Shown here one piece after another: positions 61,493 to 64,000 of a stretch of DNA of 64,000 nt. Below the pieces are notes generated by a model that saw only the letters and a program-made list of their open reading frames with translations, did not search any database and was not told where the DNA came from. Position numbers and translations under genes: made by a program. Numbering within the stretch: the first letter of the stretch is position 1; each line of letters begins with the position of its first letter. Source of the DNA: Alphaproteobacteria bacterium (GTDB lineage Bacteria > Pseudomonadota > Alphaproteobacteria > MPNO01 > UBA830); assembly GCA_964291215.2 (NCBI GenBank), contig OZ219790.1, positions 1,728,001 through 1,792,000 of the forward strand, read 5' to 3'.

Positions 61493-62566
61493 ATGAAATC
61501 GTTGTTGCACATGTCTGTCGCATTAATTGCCGGCTTCATGCTGCTTGCGTCGTCACCGGCGTCGGCCAAGGTCTACAAGCTGACCGCGGGATCGAGCCAT
61601 CCGCCCATCGTGCCTTGGGTTGCTACCATCAACAACCTGGTGGTGCCCGAATCGGCCAAGCGGGTAGCGGCAGCGGGCAAGGGCGACAGCATCCAGTGGA
61701 CCGAGGCGTATGCCGGGGCGCTCTACAACTTCAAGAACACCCTTGAGGGCGTGCAGAACGGCCTCGCGGACATCGGCTGGGTTGGCACGCTGTGGGAGCC
61801 CGTGAAGATGCCGCTCATGAATGTGACGTTCTATGCGCCGTTTGTAACGGGTGATGTCAAGGCTCTGATCGAGATCGGTCAGGAACTGCACCGGAAGGTT
61901 CCGGCGATGAACGCGGAATGGGACAAGCACAACCAGGTCTTCCTCGGCATTCAGGTCGCGGACACCTACAATGTCGTCAGCAAGTTCCCGCTGAAGTCGG
62001 TGGCCGATCTCAAGGGCAAGAAGCTCTACACCCCGGGTGCGGTCGCGAGCTGGATGAAGGGGACCGGCGCCGTTGGCATCAATGGCGGACTGCCCGTCTA
62101 CTACAACGGCATAAAGACCGGCATCGCCGATGGCGGTATCGTCATCACGACCGGCATGTTCCCGTTCAAGCTGCACGAGGTCGGCAAGTACATCACCGTC
62201 GTTGACATGGGCGGGCCGATCTCGGGGGCGCTGACCATGAACAAGGATACATGGAATTCGCTTCCAGCATACATGCAGGACATCTTCACCAAGCTCGGCG
62301 TCGAATATGCCCGTGTCCAAGGCGGCATTGTGGCCAAGAACGCGGAGAAATTCCTCGGACTGATGGCCAAGCAGGGCGCCGTCGTCAGCACACTGCCGGC
62401 AGCGGAACGACGCAAATGGGCGGAGGCACTGCCGGATATCGCCGGCGACTGGGTGAAGGCCAACAAGGCCAAGGGAATCCCGGCCGGGGAGGTCCTGAAG
62501 GCGTTCATGGACGGCGCGCGCTCGCGTGGCGGGAAACCGCTTCGCGACTGGGGCGCGAATCTCTAG
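61493..62566 (+). CDS. dctP: TRAP transporter substrate-binding protein DctP
   Basis: Signal peptide, TLEGVQNGLADIG, DLKGKKL, MNKDTWNSLP. Confidence 0.88.
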   Translation: MKSLLHMSVALIAGFMLLASSPASAKVYKLTAGSSHPPIVPWVATINNLVVPESAKRVAAAGKGDSIQWTEAYAGALYNFKNTLEGVQNGLADIGWVGTLWEPVKMPLMNVTFYAPFVTGDVKALIEIGQELHRKVPAMNAEWDKHNQVFLGIQVADTYNVVSKFPLKSVADLKGKKLYTPGAVASWMKGTGAVGINGGLPVYYNGIKTGIADGGIVITTGMFPFKLHEVGKYITVVDMGGPISGALTMNKDTWNSLPAYMQDIFTKLGVEYARVQGGIVAKNAEKFLGLMAKQGAVVSTLPAAERRKWAEALPDIAGDWVKANKAKGIPAGEVLKAFMDGARSRGGKPLRDWGANL

Positions 62567-62616
62567 GAGTTCGTCGCAACCCATACTGACCCGTGAGGTT
62601 TCCGGGTCGCTTCCCG

Positions 62617-64000
62617 ATGATCGAGGACGGGGCGCGCCGGCTGGGGCGCCTCGTCCCGGCTTTTACAGGCCTGTGCAGCCTGATGAACAGGGCCGGAACG
62701 CTCTGGATCTTCGGGCTCATGTTTCTCGTTTGCGCCGACATTACAGCGCGGAACCTGTTCGCAGCGCCAATCAGGGGCGTCGCAGAGATTGTCGGTTACT
62801 CGATCGTCGGGACCGTCTATCTGCAGCTCGCGAACACACTTCATGCTGGACGTTTTACCCGCGCCGAGCTTTTCCTGACTTGGCTGGATTCGTGCCGCCC
62901 GCTCGCCGGTTTGCTATTCCGGGCAGGTTTCGACCTGACCGGCGCGGTCGTATTTGCCGTCATCACCGCTGGCGTATGGCCGGGCTTCGTCGAGGCTTGG
63001 CGCGAAGGCGAGGTTGCCGGCGTTCCCGGTGACTTCTCCTTCATCATCTGGCCCTTCAAGCTCATCGTGGTCGCCGGTGCAGCGACCACGGCGGTCGAGT
63101 TTGCGATCCAATTCCTGCGCGATCTGACGGCGAGCGCGAGGGTGGCAAAGGAGCCGGCCGCCGGTCGCGGCTGGACCTGGCTTTCGGTTCTGTGCGCGCT
63201 CATCCTCGTCGTCTACCTGATGTTGGCGGCACAGTTGAGCAATGTGCAGGTCGGTGCGCTTTCGATCCTGTTCATGCTCATCCTTATCTATGCCGGCATG
63301 CCGATTGGCCTCGCGCTCATGGTTCTCGGGTTCGTCGGTATATGGATGATGAAGGGCAACACGATCGTCGCCGAACGCACCTTGGCGCTAGCCGCCTCGG
63401 AGTATCTGCGCAACTACTTCTTCGGCGTCGTCCCGCTGTTCGTGCTCATGGGCCTGCTGGTCAGCGCTTCCGACATGGGACGCGAAACGTTCGAAGTTGC
63501 CCGATGGCTGCTGCGCAGGGTGCGTGGTGGCCTCGGCATCGCGACCGTGGCCGCGAATGCGGTGTTCGCCGCGATCACCGGATCATCGATTGCCTCGGCA
63601 GCCGTGTTCACCCGTGTCGCGACGCCGGAAATGCTGTCTCACGGATATACTCCCCGCTTCTCGGTCGGCGTGGTCGCCGGCTCGTCGGTGCTGGGCATGC
63701 TCATTCCGCCGAGCCTGCTGCTGATCGTGTACGGGTTCCTCGCCGAACAGTCGGTAGGCATCCTCTTTATCGCGGCTATCATCCCGGGGCTGATACTGGC
63801 GTTCGCTTTTGCGCTGCTGATTCTCGGCATGGCGGCTTGGCGCCCTCACTGGATCGGCAATCCCGTCAGCGCGGCCGACGACGATTCCTCGCAATCGGTG
63901 CTTGGGGCGTCGCTTAAGCTCTTTCCCATGCTGCTGCTCGTAGCACTTGTCATTGGCGGAATCTATGGCGGCCTGCTGACGCCCACGGAAGCCGGAGCCG
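62617..64000 (+). CDS. Fused TRAP permease DctQ-DctM (runs off the window)
   Basis: One frame from ATG 62617: DctQ-like ADITARNLFAAPIRG..EI followed by DctM motifs VPLFVLMG, FAAITGSS, LGMLIPPS, GIYGG..TPTEAG. Confidence 0.85.
   Translation, partial: MIEDGARRLGRLVPAFTGLCSLMNRAGTLWIFGLMFLVCADITARNLFAAPIRGVAEIVGYSIVGTVYLQLANTLHAGRFTRAELFLTWLDSCRPLAGLLFRAGFDLTGAVVFAVITAGVWPGFVEAWREGEVAGVPGDFSFIIWPFKLIVVAGAATTAVEFAIQFLRDLTASARVAKEPAAGRGWTWLSVLCALILVVYLMLAAQLSNVQVGALSILFMLILIYAGMPIGLALMVLGFVGIWMMKGNTIVAERTLALAASEYLRNYFFGVVPLFVLMGLLVSASDMGRETFEVARWLLRRVRGGLGIATVAANAVFAAITGSSIASAAVFTRVATPEMLSHGYTPRFSVGVVAGSSVLGMLIPPSLLLIVYGFLAEQSVGILFIAAIIPGLILAFAFALLILGMAAWRPHWIGNPVSAADDDSSQSVLGASLKLFPMLLLVALVIGGIYGGLLTPTEAGA

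Noticed and set aside
1-64000. tRNA, rRNA or riboswitch genes
   Set aside because: None recognised by eye; tRNAscan-SE and Rfam scans would be needed to exclude them

Overview
High-GC alphaproteobacterial chromosome segment; the gene order suggests Rhodospirillales-like. 1-13.1 kb holds intact housekeeping genes: a purF-cvpA-radA-mlaF-mlaE-alr-dnaB run, cfa, an Lpp/OprI-like lipoprotein convergent with an L,D-transpeptidase, ubiX, a hydratase, a transglutaminase-like gene and a DMT transporter. 13.1-30.6 kb is an HsaA-like flavin monooxygenase split by about 16.7 kb of nested mobile elements (ISAs1-DUF4338, IS110, IS66 with a methylase passenger, IS5, IS630, ISAzo13, IS30, IS4, two MITEs, two group II intron remnants). 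znuABC, a GPP34 remnant, more IS elements and an orphan hpnC follow. 41.7-58.2 kb is a decaying ICE/integrative element with three intact toxin-antitoxin pairs, a serine recombinase, a DUF5131/TcmP pair and broken trbG/trbI. The window ends with an amidohydrolase and a TRAP transporter. The strongest signal is that the transposase genes are riddled with short, often microhomology-bounded deletions while IS ends, many target duplications and neighbouring host genes stay intact. The deletions are shared among four IS66 copies in a pattern no simple tree explains, pointing to recurrent hotspot deletion, deletion-spreading gene conversion or an assembly artefact. All family assignments come from motif recognition by eye; no database searches were run.
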